Assembly: GCA_020184695.1 (NCBI GenBank)
Contig: JAANOX010000078.1
Location: 1-64,000, forward strand
Direction of reading: 5' to 3'
DNA length: 64,000 nucleotides
Source: Histomonas meleagridis 2922-C6/04-290x
Taxonomy: Eukaryota; Protista; Parabasalia
The stretch's first letter is position 1; each line of letters opens with the position of its first letter. The notes under the pieces are model-generated. The model searched no databases, was not told the DNA's origin, and saw only the letters and a list, made by a program, of their open reading frames with translations. Positions 42,671 through 53,863 of the stretch are shown piece by piece. Made by a program: the position numbers and the translations under genes.

Positions 42671-42918
42671 CAATTCATTAATTTGTTCTTGTTTTATTTA
42701 AAAAACATCAATTTTAAGTTATTTTCTTGCTTGCATATTATTATTTAGATGTATCTAAGCATAACTTATATTATAATCTGGGTTAACATATTAAGATATA
42801 AAATTATTAGATATCAAGAATAAATTCTTTAAAGAAAAAAAACATCACTTCTTAACAAAAAAAAATCATTTTTATAAACATAGAAAATATTTAATATAGA
42901 TTAAAAACTCTATTTTCT

Positions 42919-43749
42919 TTAATCACTTTCATCAATTTCTTCTAATTTTATGTCTTCATCATCGTTTTGTTCCTCTTCTTCAAGTTCTTTTTCTAATTTT
43001 TTGATTTCTTCATCTTCTTTCCTATCATCTTCTTGGATTTCTTTTTCTAATTTCTTTATTTCTTCATCATCTTCAAACATATCATTTGATTTATGAACTG
43101 CATCTTTCATCTTTTTCATAAATTCCTTTTGATCTTCATCCAATTCTTTTAATTCTTTTTCTTCAAACTCTTTGGTCTCTTTCTCTGATTGAATTTGTCG
43201 CTGTATTGCGGCTTTCCGTTTTCGAAATTCACTAATCAACAATTTGACAATTACCATTCCGGCCGTAAGGATCATTGGTATTTTCTTCTCTAGTGCAGAG
43301 AGTTGATGAACTTCCTTAGAGAAAGTATAGTAATAGGAATCTTGATTTGTTCTGTTGAATATTGATAAGTGAATGGAATTTTGTGAAATGAACTCGGCTG
43401 AATATGTTGAATCTTCCTTCCATTTTCCAACAGCATTCAAGTGAGGAAACAGTTTTGAGTAGAATTCAAATTCTGCTATCTTTTCGCTAGAATCCCTTTC
43501 AGTAAATTCAAATATGGCATTTCCTGTAAAGATAGCTTTGAAAAAGAATTGCCCTTCTGTTGAGTTCATAAACACATCGACCGTATTTGCAGAATCTCCT
43601 TCTAAAAAGAAAATATCGAAATTTTCTTTAAAGCATTTCTCTGTTTTTGCAGGGCAATGAAGCTTCTCAACATCCCACTTACCTAAAATATAACGGCGTA
43701 CATTAATATATGAATCTGCTTTTATTAAAGCAAAAAACCAAAAAAACAT
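42919..43749 (-). CDS. Type-I membrane hypothetical protein with acidic coiled-coil tail
   Basis: Signal peptide, TM segment IPMILTAGMVIVKLLI, D/E-rich C-terminus. Confidence 0.75.
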   Translation of the reverse strand: MFFWFFALIKADSYINVRRYILGKWDVEKLHCPAKTEKCFKENFDIFFLEGDSANTVDVFMNSTEGQFFFKAIFTGNAIFEFTERDSSEKIAEFEFYSKLFPHLNAVGKWKEDSTYSAEFISQNSIHLSIFNRTNQDSYYYTFSKEVHQLSALEKKIPMILTAGMVIVKLLISEFRKRKAAIQRQIQSEKETKEFEEKELKELDEDQKEFMKKMKDAVHKSNDMFEDDEEIKKLEKEIQEDDRKEDEEIKKLEKELEEEEQNDDEDIKLEEIDESD

Positions 43750-43843
43750 TTAATCTTTAATTCACAAACACAGTTAATATTTTCACAGCAAACAAAAAAT
43801 TGGCATTTTATTGTATTTATAAATAAACAAAATTATAATATTT

Positions 43844-45115
43844 CTAACTACTTGAAGATGCAAAATCAGCAAATACATTCTTCTTTTTCTTAGCTTTTTG
43901 ATCAGACGAACTATCGCTTGAAGCAAAATCGGCGAAAACATCTTTTTTCGTTTCGTTTTGCTCACTATCAGTTGACGCGAATTGATCAAAAACATTTTTT
44001 TCTTTTGATTTCGCTTTACTTGTGCTATCAGAGGCGAACATGTCAAAAACATTTTTCTTTTTATTGGAAGAGTCATCAGAAGAAGCGAATTGATCAAAAA
44101 TGTTATTTTTCTTATTTGTTTTCTTGGATTCGCTATCAGAAGACGTAAATTGCTCAAAAACATTTTTCGTTTTCGCTTCGTTTGTGCTGTCTGATGCAAA
44201 TTGATCCAAAACACTGTTTTTCTTATTTTTCTTTTTGGTAAATGAGTCACTTGGCGATGCGAATTGTTCGAATGCATTACTTTTCTTCGCTGCTTTGCTT
44301 GTGCTATTTGTTGATTCAAAAATATCAAATTTTATGTTTTTATTAGATGAATTATCTGTTTTTTGTTCGCTTGAATTGGATTCATCTGTTTTAGCTTCTG
44401 ATTGCTTCATGTCCATACTTTTATTACTGATGAAACTTGTTTTTTGTGAATGTGTTTTTTGTGTTTCATTAAATTCTGAGTTTGAATTTGAAGATTTAGA
44501 TTTATCGGATTTGGATTCGATGAAAGAAGTGTCATACTCATACTCTGATTCTTCTTCGCTTTTGTTGTAAACAAGTGGTTCAATATTGTGAGTTATGGCA
44601 ATTTTATTCAAATTTGTTGGCTCATTAAATTTTTTAAAATTAATAAAAATAAGACAAAACGCCCAATAACATATAATGCAAATAAGAGCATCATGAACAG
44701 CTACTGTCTTTTGATAAATGAAATTGTTACTTTGATGGTTATTATTATATGGAAATCCTTGAAAAATACTTGTATTTGTAGTATCACTCATTGCTTGCAT
44801 CAAAAAATACAAACACTGTCTGTGTTTTATGGCTCTTGTTAGATATATCAAAGAAAAAGAAATAAAACAAATTATTATTGCTGTAAAAAAATATACATAC
44901 AAACTTGATACCATACGCCTGGATGAAAAATAACTTACACATGCAAAAAGTAATGCAAAAGATGAAATTAATAAAAGAACAGAAAGGATGAAGTATTTAG
45001 TTCCAGCAATATAACTCCAATAATTGTCCCAGTAGTTAAAAACAAGGTAAAATGAATAGCAAAGAATTGGTAGTGTATGAAACTTCTTCCATATTTGTTG
45101 AATAGTTTGGAACAA
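43844..45115 (-). CDS. Four-TM (tetraspanin-like) protein with a long cytosolic tail of xVF(D/E/A)xFAS repeats; 5' end uncertain
   Basis: Four hydrophobic segments, then eight NVFDQFAS/VFADFAS-type repeats. No in-frame ATG in the first ~65 codons (the ORF track used TTG). Confidence 0.65.
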   Translation of the reverse strand: MFQTIQQIWKKFHTLPILCYSFYLVFNYWDNYWSYIAGTKYFILSVLLLISSFALLFACVSYFSSRRMVSSLYVYFFTAIIICFISFSLIYLTRAIKHRQCLYFLMQAMSDTTNTSIFQGFPYNNNHQSNNFIYQKTVAVHDALICIICYWAFCLIFINFKKFNEPTNLNKIAITHNIEPLVYNKSEEESEYEYDTSFIESKSDKSKSSNSNSEFNETQKTHSQKTSFISNKSMDMKQSEAKTDESNSSEQKTDNSSNKNIKFDIFESTNSTSKAAKKSNAFEQFASPSDSFTKKKNKKNSVLDQFASDSTNEAKTKNVFEQFTSSDSESKKTNKKNNIFDQFASSDDSSNKKKNVFDMFASDSTSKAKSKEKNVFDQFASTDSEQNETKKDVFADFASSDSSSDQKAKKKKNVFADFASSSS

Positions 45116-45508
45116 TGGTAGAAAGCAGAAGAGGATTTAACGGCTTTTTAATGTTGACTTTTTGTTTGTGCGTATCGTTCGTTTATCAGGATCACTTTTG
45201 ATAGAAATTGAAAGTAAGGGTACCCTCATCTCACTTTTTCATATAAAATAATCAATAAATTTGTAAATTAAACAAATTTACTTATCGCAACCCAGAATTA
45301 GTTACACCTTCAAAAAACCCCAGCTCGGCTTCATTCAACCACTCTCTAGTTGGCACAATTTCAAAGCCACTGGGTTTGTATCATTTTTGTGAATGTGAAA
45401 TAGATTTTCCACAGATATTCTAACATTGAATCAATCTTTGAATGACAAACTCTTAAACATTTTCAAATTTCCAAAAACAAAAAAGAAATTAAACAAAGTT
45501 TATTTATT

Positions 45509-46423
45509 TTACGGTTTTAATTTTTCTTTATCTGATTTTATCACCATTGCCTCTCTTACTTGCAAATTTCTATCATAAGTTTCAGTATCCAATTGAAGCA
45601 TATTAAAATCGTCAGCCATTTTCATAACAAACTCAATCATTTCGTTGTTTACATCTTTAACATCATTAACCTGAAACTGAAATCGAGCTATGAATCTCCC
45701 TTCTTCTCTCGTTTCAAATCTGTTCATGTCATTCATATCGATTGCTACAATTGAATTTGGATGTTTTTGCTCATAATCTTTAATTAATTCAATAAAAGGT
45801 ATTTTTGATGGCCCAAAATCTGTAAAAATTGTTTTGTTTAATCCTTCAATTTTTTCTTCGTTAAGATTATATTCTTTGTATTCTCTCATAATTGAATTTC
45901 GATATGAGAAAATTGCTGTGTTTTTCATTAATGGCTCACATAAAAGTTCAAAGGTTATAACATCTTTTTTGCCTAAAATTTTGTCGTAAAGAATACCTAA
46001 AATATCACGACATTTCTGAAATTGGATACGAACAATTCCTCCTGTATAATATGTACGCCCAGTTATATATGTATGATACATATGATTGGTAACTTTAAAG
46101 AATGTTTCTGGTACAATCATGAAATAATTACGCATTAATGTTCTAAATTGTTTTGAAAGTTCTTCAACTTTTTTTTGTAAAATATTACCTCCAACAATAT
46201 AAACCAAAATATACAATAGAATGATTAACCCAACAATTATTTCTCTGATTCCAAGAAGTTTAATTAAAGAAATAATTATCGGTTTTTTAGGGATTGTGGT
46301 TGGTTTTGGTTCTTTTTCAATGCTTTCTGGGTTGTCATCAAAAGGAAGTTGTTCTTCATCACATGATGATATAATAAAAAATAAAAAGATTGCTTGAACA
46401 AACATATTTATGAAATGTGACAC
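45509..46423 (-). CDS. CCDC47/DUF1682-like ER membrane protein
   Basis: Signal peptide, TM helix, YITGRTYYTGG..RIQFQKCRDILG. Confidence 0.55.
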   Translation of the reverse strand: MSHFINMFVQAIFLFFIISSCDEEQLPFDDNPESIEKEPKPTTIPKKPIIISLIKLLGIREIIVGLIILLYILVYIVGGNILQKKVEELSKQFRTLMRNYFMIVPETFFKVTNHMYHTYITGRTYYTGGIVRIQFQKCRDILGILYDKILGKKDVITFELLCEPLMKNTAIFSYRNSIMREYKEYNLNEEKIEGLNKTIFTDFGPSKIPFIELIKDYEQKHPNSIVAIDMNDMNRFETREEGRFIARFQFQVNDVKDVNNEMIEFVMKMADDFNMLQLDTETYDRNLQVREAMVIKSDKEKLKP

Positions 46424-46548
46424 GAAATAACGATCAAACGAAAACGTTTAACATATCATGAAGCAGGAAATATGTGTGAAGGAGCTTGAAAGCTTGAAAT
46501 TCGGCGCCTAATTTTTATATTCCTTAAATTTTTATTAAAAATATAAGT

Positions 46549-47211
46549 TTATATTGGTATTTTGAGGAAAGCAGCTTCAATTCTCTCAGATATATTAACT
46601 TCTTCAAGTAATTCTAAGTTTGAAATTTCATTTGCAAGTTCTGAAAATTCTCCTTCCTTAAAGAAATGGTAAAATCTGTCAAGTTTTACATTTGGATCTA
46701 TTCCTTCTTGACTCAATTTCCATGGAACAATTTGATCTTGTTCGTTGGATCGTGAACTTTCACAATTAATTCCCCATGCAGACACAAGAGCAGTTCCTCC
46801 AACACGCAAAACTCTACATATTTCTTTAAGGCATTTAATCCGATGATCTTTAGAAGGAAAATGATGTATCACGTGAATACATATGACGTGATCAAATGTG
46901 TTGTCTTGAAATGGAAGCATAAGTCCATTTCCACAGATTTCAGATGTGATTGAATTTGGATGTTGTTCATGTGAAAATTTGCATTGTTCAAAAATTGGAT
47001 CAATACCAATGTCAATTATTTTATTGTTTATGCTAAGGTATCTCCCAGTACCACACCCTATATCAAGGATCATTGAATTAGGTGGTAATGAAAAAATAAA
47101 CTGTTCTATTGTTTTCCAACGATCATATTTGTTATTAGCGTAATGTGTACATAATGACTTGTATGGTCTAAAAACAAATTTTTCTTCGATTTCCTCTGAG
47201 GTTTTATTCAT
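46549..47211 (-). CDS. SAM-dependent methyltransferase, Trm9/ALKBH8-like tRNA wobble-uridine methyltransferase
   Basis: ILDIGCGTGRY, LPFQDNTFDHVICIHVIHHF, RVLRVGG, QDQIVPW, RFYHFFKEGE. Confidence 0.8.
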   Translation of the reverse strand: MNKTSEEIEEKFVFRPYKSLCTHYANNKYDRWKTIEQFIFSLPPNSMILDIGCGTGRYLSINNKIIDIGIDPIFEQCKFSHEQHPNSITSEICGNGLMLPFQDNTFDHVICIHVIHHFPSKDHRIKCLKEICRVLRVGGTALVSAWGINCESSRSNEQDQIVPWKLSQEGIDPNVKLDRFYHFFKEGEFSELANEISNLELLEEVNISERIEAAFLKIPI

Positions 47212-47313
47212 TATGTCATTTTTTAATTTATTCAATGTCTATTCTTTTTGAAACAAAATATATGACAGTAATTTTTATCAAAAGTTGATGTGATGTGAAA
47301 AATTCGTTAATTA

Positions 47314-47946
47314 ATGAGGGTTCAAAATACCTTTCTTGCTGTTTCCCCAGAGACATTTGGTGATCCAAGTCTTAATTACAAAGGAAAAGTTATCCTTCCT
47401 GAATTAATTCTTCATTTTATTGAGAAAAATAATATACAAAAGCCAATTCTATTATTTTCAATCAAAAATCCAATCACAAACCAAGAAGTAGCTGCAGGTG
47501 TTGAATCCTTTAATTCAGATGTTGTTTCATGTGTTATACCCAAGTGGATGATGGAAACGATTAACATTGAAGAAAATGATAAAGTAATTGTTTCTCTTGT
47601 AGATTTACCTCCTGCAGAATCATTGACACTTCAACCATTAACAAATGAATTTCCATCTGCAGTTCAAACAGTTCTTCAAGTTGCACTTCGACCTTTTCCT
47701 TGCCTAACAATTGGTTCCATTCTCCCTCTTTCAATATTCAACAAAATACATCAAGTTAAAGTACTTTATGTGGAACCTCCAAAGATGGCGTCAACATTTA
47801 ATGTTGATGTAAATCTCGAAATGATTCCTTCTCCAGATAAGATCCAGGAATTTTTAACTCATAATTGGGGAGAAGAAGAAGATTGTTATGAACCAAAAAG
47901 TAAAGCCCCAAATAAATTCATTGGAAAACCACACTCTCTTCGTTGA
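47314..47946 (+). CDS. UFD1-like ubiquitin fusion degradation protein
   Basis: KGKVILPE, AGVESF, CVIPKWMM, LQPL, LRPFPCLTIG. Confidence 0.8.
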   Translation: MRVQNTFLAVSPETFGDPSLNYKGKVILPELILHFIEKNNIQKPILLFSIKNPITNQEVAAGVESFNSDVVSCVIPKWMMETINIEENDKVIVSLVDLPPAESLTLQPLTNEFPSAVQTVLQVALRPFPCLTIGSILPLSIFNKIHQVKVLYVEPPKMASTFNVDVNLEMIPSPDKIQEFLTHNWGEEEDCYEPKSKAPNKFIGKPHSLR

Positions 47947-48351
47947 TAATATAAGTTTTAGTAAGCGGATTTTTTATTTTTAATAAAATTTATTTTGAAT
48001 AATTTTCCTTTTCCAAATACAATATGTCTGTTTTAACTTTAAATAAGTTGTTAGTGATTATCAATCAGAAAGTAATGATCAAAGAAATTATTTTTATGTT
48101 CACATAAATTTTAAACATTTTCATAACAAACATATATAAACTTTAAAAAATGTTGTGGTTTCTAAAAATTGGAGGATGTTCAAAGGAGATTTTCATCATT
48201 GATGCAGATATTTACTGTTTTATTCACAAAAATTTATTTAGTGATGATATAATAAAATAAATAATTCAAATATATGCACAATTAAAATAATCAATTATGT
48301 TTTTATTTGAGATTGAGTTAAAAGTTGTAAATTAAAAAAATTATTTTCCTT

Positions 48352-49659
48352 ATGGTACTAATTTCTTTTATTCTTATCTTCTTTGTTATGATTTATCATT
48401 CTCAGTGTTTAATGGAAATTAAATTTTCCGAAATAAATAAAATCAAAAAAAATGATTATATTGGAAAAATACCTGATAGTGTTATCATTTGGTATGGAGT
48501 TTATAAAATTGGAAAAGATGCATTTAACTCATGGAAAGAATTAACAAATGTTACAATATGGCATTCTACAAAAATTATTGGGGAAGGTGCCTTTAGAAAC
48601 TGTATTAACTTAAAAACCATTTTCTTTGGTAAACAGATTGTTTTCATCGGAAATTATGCATTTCAAAACTGTGTTTCTTTAGAAAATATCATCCTATCTG
48701 ATTCCATTCAAGAAATCGGTAAAGAAGCATTTGAAACTTGTTCAAGTGCTAAAAATATTTTGATCGGAAAAAATGTTAAGGAAATAGGAGATTTGACATT
48801 TGCTTTTTGTGTATCAATTAAACATATGATAATACCAAATTCAGTTCAAAAAATAGGTGTTGGACTTTTTAAAGAATGTAGAGAATTGATATCAATTGAT
48901 ATTGGATGTAGCATTAAAAAAATTGATAATTTAATGTTTGCAGAATGTTGGGAATTATTAGAGGTTAAAATTCCTTTCTTGGTTAAAGGTATATGTAGTC
49001 AAGCCTTTATTAACTGCATTAAGTTAAATAAGATTAAAATTGGCATATCAGTATCAGAAATTGCATTTGATGCATTTAAGGGATGCAAATCTTTAGCTTT
49101 CTTTGAAGTAGATCAATATAATGAAGATTTTTTATGTTATGAAAATGATGGAGTTTTATATGCCAAAGATCATATATTTTTACAACGCTTTCCACCAGGG
49201 AAAAAAGTTGAAAATTATACTATTCATCAAAATGTAAAATTAATTTCTCCTTTTTGTTTTCTTGACTGCATATATATAAAATTTATTCATCTGAACGATA
49301 AAATATGGGTGATAGGTAATTTCGCATTTAAAGGGTGTATTAATTTATTACAAATATTATTACCACATTCAACAAGATCAATTGGTGTTTCATCATTTGA
49401 AAATTGTGTAAAATTACATACAGTTCAATTTGGTAATAATACTGATATGATTAACTCATTTGCATTTTATAAATGTTATTCACTAAAGTGCATTTATTAT
49501 TTAGGTGACAAAGAACCAGCAATACTTAATAACTCATTTTTAGAAATAAATATATCTACAATAATTGTGAAGCCTTCATACACAAGTGAAAAGTTTGGAA
49601 ACTTTAGTGTCTTCAAAGGTGATTCATTTGAAGATTGTCCACCAATATCAACTGATTAA
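48352..49659 (+). CDS. BspA-like LRR protein with signal peptide, no C-terminal TM
   Basis: Repeated IPxSVxxIGxxAFxxCxxL units. Confidence 0.88.
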   Translation: MVLISFILIFFVMIYHSQCLMEIKFSEINKIKKNDYIGKIPDSVIIWYGVYKIGKDAFNSWKELTNVTIWHSTKIIGEGAFRNCINLKTIFFGKQIVFIGNYAFQNCVSLENIILSDSIQEIGKEAFETCSSAKNILIGKNVKEIGDLTFAFCVSIKHMIIPNSVQKIGVGLFKECRELISIDIGCSIKKIDNLMFAECWELLEVKIPFLVKGICSQAFINCIKLNKIKIGISVSEIAFDAFKGCKSLAFFEVDQYNEDFLCYENDGVLYAKDHIFLQRFPPGKKVENYTIHQNVKLISPFCFLDCIYIKFIHLNDKIWVIGNFAFKGCINLLQILLPHSTRSIGVSSFENCVKLHTVQFGNNTDMINSFAFYKCYSLKCIYYLGDKEPAILNNSFLEINISTIIVKPSYTSEKFGNFSVFKGDSFEDCPPISTD

Positions 49660-49852
49660 AAACCAAATATATATTTATATATATTTGAAATAATTTTGTT
49701 ATTTATATAATAAATAACATATAAATCCAATAAACTTTTTCCAATACTCAAAATATATTTTTAATTTCACGACAATAATATACAAATAAACAAATTATTT
49801 ATTCAGCATATGTTCATTAACAGTATTTAACTCAAAACAAAATTTATATAAT

Positions 49853-51010
49853 TCAAATGAATCTATTCGCAGATCCGACCTCAGTCCATTCTTCTCTTGT
49901 CATACAAAACGAAGGGAAACATTCTGAAGAAGCGAATATTGAACCACCGACCCAAGTTGCGAATTCGCCTGCTGCCTCTCTACATTTTGGCAATATAACG
50001 TTTGGTTTTATGTTATTTGGCGCAACTTTTTCCACTTCGATTTTTAATCTATTTCTAAATCCTTTTAAATTTGATAATCCGCCTCCAGTTACAATTGATT
50101 TCCAGAGAACATTTTGATACTCTTCTGGTGTAGCATTAATTGCGTCTTTAATTAATTCTTGTAAAGGTGTTTCTTCTTCCCAATAAAAATTCGATATATA
50201 ATTCATTTCGTTTTCTAAATCAATTGGAACTTTTCCGGGCATAAAATATATGTTATCAAGAATTGTTGTGTTTTCTGTAGGAACATCAAACTTTAAATTC
50301 GATTTTATCATGTCAATTAATAGATCCATACGACAAAATTGTAATTGACTTTCTGTAATGAAAGCATTCGGATCAATGATTTCGCGATGTGTATGGATGT
50401 TTTTACCATGGTCAGTAAGCATACGATATAATAAAAATGAGAGATCTTTGCCACCATATGTATGAATGCGTATCCCACTGCGATATGGATGTCCTTCTAT
50501 TATTGGAACAGCTCGAAGACAACTCCACCCAAAGTCAACAACGAGACCTGTATGAATGCCATGGGAATAGCATGTAAGTGACGAGTCATGTTGGAAGCCT
50601 AGACGTGGATGGTATCCAAAATCAAAGGCTATTTCGGCAAGATGATTTTGTTTGTCTTCAAGTGCTTTGGCATTTTGTGTGTTGCAAATGGCTACTGTAG
50701 GTTGAGAAAATAGAACTGACCAATTAGTTGGTTCAATTTCTCCAAAACAATATGAATAGGTCCAATCTAAAAAAGTGGTAAGACCTTCAGAATTTTCATC
50801 TTCCATGGGTTTTATTTCAAGACCTGCAACACATTTAGTAAGCCATTCTTTTTCAAACTGATATTGAATATCCCCATTTTCTAAACTTTGAACTGCATAC
50901 CAGGATGGTGGAGCATATAAGGGGTAAAGATCGCCTGCATATCCAAGCTTAACTGAAGCTGATCCTATATCATAAACTAATGCTTGATTGGTATTTTTTA
51001 CTAAGTTCAT
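49853..51010 (-). CDS. Actin-related protein (ARP4-like)
   Basis: VYDIGSASVKLGYAGD, GLVVDFG, IVTGGGLS..GF..RL, TWVGGSIFAS. ATG at 51010. Confidence 0.85.
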   Translation of the reverse strand: MNLVKNTNQALVYDIGSASVKLGYAGDLYPLYAPPSWYAVQSLENGDIQYQFEKEWLTKCVAGLEIKPMEDENSEGLTTFLDWTYSYCFGEIEPTNWSVLFSQPTVAICNTQNAKALEDKQNHLAEIAFDFGYHPRLGFQHDSSLTCYSHGIHTGLVVDFGWSCLRAVPIIEGHPYRSGIRIHTYGGKDLSFLLYRMLTDHGKNIHTHREIIDPNAFITESQLQFCRMDLLIDMIKSNLKFDVPTENTTILDNIYFMPGKVPIDLENEMNYISNFYWEEETPLQELIKDAINATPEEYQNVLWKSIVTGGGLSNLKGFRNRLKIEVEKVAPNNIKPNVILPKCREAAGEFATWVGGSIFASSECFPSFCMTREEWTEVGSANRFI

Positions 51011-51548
51011 GAGTTGAAGTGAGGATGGAAAAAAAATTGGCAATAATTTTTGTATATTTTTATTTTTGGCAAAATAGAACAAATGCTACTTTGTTTTACT
51101 CATTCATCTGTCTTTCATTTTAATTGCTGAAATGATAGGAAATTGATAAAAAAGTTGAAGGAATTAGAATTAGTTATATGCCAAATTGAGATGATGATAA
51201 ACAACATATTTAAAAAGCTGAAACATACTGAACAATATTACACTTATTGAAGCTCATGCATGAATGCAAACATGAAATATAGGCAAATATACTTATCTAC
51301 TTTAACAAATTTATACATACCAATCAAAAAAATGATCATTTTAATTTTATTCATATTAATTAATGAAAAATATAGATCAAATGCAAGTTGTCGCCTTTTG
51401 CCTCTTAAGCAACCGCAAATATAGAAAAACATGAATATCAACGTTTTTTCGAGTTAACTAGATGTGAAATTATGAAATAAAATTGTTTCTCCGATATAAA
51501 TTATATATTGCTTTTAATGGTTTTATGATATCATAATTTATTAAAATG

Positions 51549-51643
51549 ATTTCATCTTCATAATTTTTTATATAAATAATTTTAACCTTGAAATTTTTTA
51601 TTAAAAAAAATATTTGGTGTGTAAAAAAGTGCATCTATCCCTA
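51549..51643 (+). repeat. ~95-bp dispersed repeat, copy 2
   Basis: Similar to 24514-24608. Confidence 0.7.
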
Positions 51644-51949
51644 TAATAATCATAAAATTTATATAATTTTGATGATGCAAGATGTGATAATAGTATATTA
51701 TGGGATACTGTCACTGCATTTTAGGTTGGAGCTCTTTAAGGGTAATTTTTATTCAAAATTCAATCAAACCATTCCAACCTAAAGTAAAGTTACTGTAACA
51801 TTCGAATAACAATCGCGATTATCAGTATGTCCCGACATTTGCTGACTTCGATATATCTAAACACTTTTTGAAAAAGATTATTAAGGACAGCCCTTAAGAA
51901 AAATTGGTAAATAGTGCAACAAATTTGGAAAAAGTTACAAATTTTTCCC

Positions 51950-52855
51950 CTATTCTAAAAGTAATTTAACTATTTCTGTATGACCATTCCAAGATGCAAA
52001 TATAAATGCTGTTTTAAATTGTTTTAATATTTTCCAAATATTATTTTGAAATATCATATTATTTAAAAATACTTTAAATAAAACAAATAAATATCTTTAG
52101 CATTAATATCAATTCCTTCTTGTTCAAGAAGTAGTTTAACTATTTCTGTATAACCTTTTTCAGATTCATAAATTAGTGCTGTATTAAATAATTTAAATAA
52201 TTTCCAAATATTATTTTGAAATATAAAATTATTAAAATAAATTTCAAATAAAACAAATAAAAATTTTTAGCACTAATATCAATTCCTTTTCGCTTTAAAA
52301 TGTATGTAACTAGTTCAATATTTGAAAATGAAGCAAAAACTAAATTATTTACTGGAAGTTGATTATTTTTATGGAAATATTTTACAAGAAAAATATTTTC
52401 AATTTTTGCTTCTTCATTAATGATATTTTCATTAATTTTCATTCCTTCTTTTTCTAAATATGTAAAAATTTCATAATTAAAATATGAAATGCATTTTTCT
52501 CCTAATTTTTTTAATTTATTAATATCTTCAATTTTATTTTCATAAAAATATTTAAAGATCTCATTATGATGAAACATAATTGCTGTTTCATATGCACCTT
52601 CAAATGATGAATTATTTTGTTCACATATATGAATAATTTCTTCATTTCCACCTGCAACAGCGTATTTACCTGTTTTTTCTACATTAGCACCATTCATAAG
52701 TAAATATTTAAAACATTTAACTGATGAAAAAAACGCTGCATAATCAATTAATGCAATATTTCTTTGATTAATAAATGAACATCTTTCATAAAGTGATGGT
52801 TCAATTGTTTGATTAAAATCAAAATTATCTCGTGATGATATTTCTTGAAGATTTT
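51950..52855 (-). pseudogene. 5'-truncated DUF3447-ankyrin gene B with two 80-nt spacers
   Basis: Paralogous to gene A. Spacers at 52183-52262 and 52013-52092 flank a 90-nt block; TAG at 51950-52. Confidence 0.75.
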
Positions 52856-53552
52856 ATTAATGGAGAAAATGTTTCTTTAATTGATTATGCATCATTTTTT
52901 TCTTCTATTAAATGTTTTAAACATTTACTTATGAATGGTTCTAAAATAGATAACACAGGTAAATATGCAGTTGCATGTGGAAATGAAGAAATTATCCATT
53001 TATGTGAACGAAATCATTCATCATTTGAAGATGCATATGAAGCAGCAATTATATTTCATCATAATTATATCTTTAAATATCTTTATGAAAATAAATTAGA
53101 AGAAAAATCAGATAATGATTTGATAGTTTATTGTATTAACAGTGGAAATTATGAAGTTCTTTCATTTTTAGAAGAAAAAGGAATGATAATTAATGAAAAT
53201 AATATTAATGAGACAGCAAAGATTGGAAACTTATATTTTATTAAACATTTTCTCAAAAATACAAAAATTCCAAAAAATATTTTAATTTTTGGTATGGAAT
53301 CAAGTAATGTTGAACTTGTCAAATATATTTGAACAAAATGGAATTGATATTAATGCTAAAAGTATTTATTTTAATAATTTAAAATTTAAAAAAAAAATAT
53401 TTTGGAAATTATTTAAATTTTTTATGACAGCACTTACATTAGCATCTGAAAAAAGTTATACAGAAATAGTTGAATTACTAAAAGGTCTAATTAAATCGGT
53501 TTCAATGACACATCATAAATTTTATAAAATACCTTATCTTTTCGCATGTTGA
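52850..53552 (+). pseudogene. 5'-truncated, frameshifted DUF3447-ankyrin gene C with one 63-nt spacer
   Basis: LIDYASFFSSIKCFKHL, frameshift at ~53330, GIDINAKS-[53364-53426]-TALTLAS. Confidence 0.7.
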
Positions 53553-53863
53553 AGTTTTTTCATTAACAAACAACTATTGATATCAATGTGTTTGTTGTTC
53601 CCTGTATTTCTTAGATTCTTTGCTTTATTGGTTCGAGTTCTTTTTTCTTTTTTTTCAACTTTTCGATCTCATCATCCAATCTCTCTGAGCAAATTTGTTT
53701 TCGTTTTCTTATTCTTACGTACTAATAAATTGTTGTTCGAAAAAAACGATACAATAGTAATTGTGAGTACTTTGTCAGTTTATTTAATCAGATCTACCAG
53801 ACCTCTGAATTTTCACTGTTGTAAAACCGAAGAACAACAACGGTTATATTGCGGTAGCTAAAA

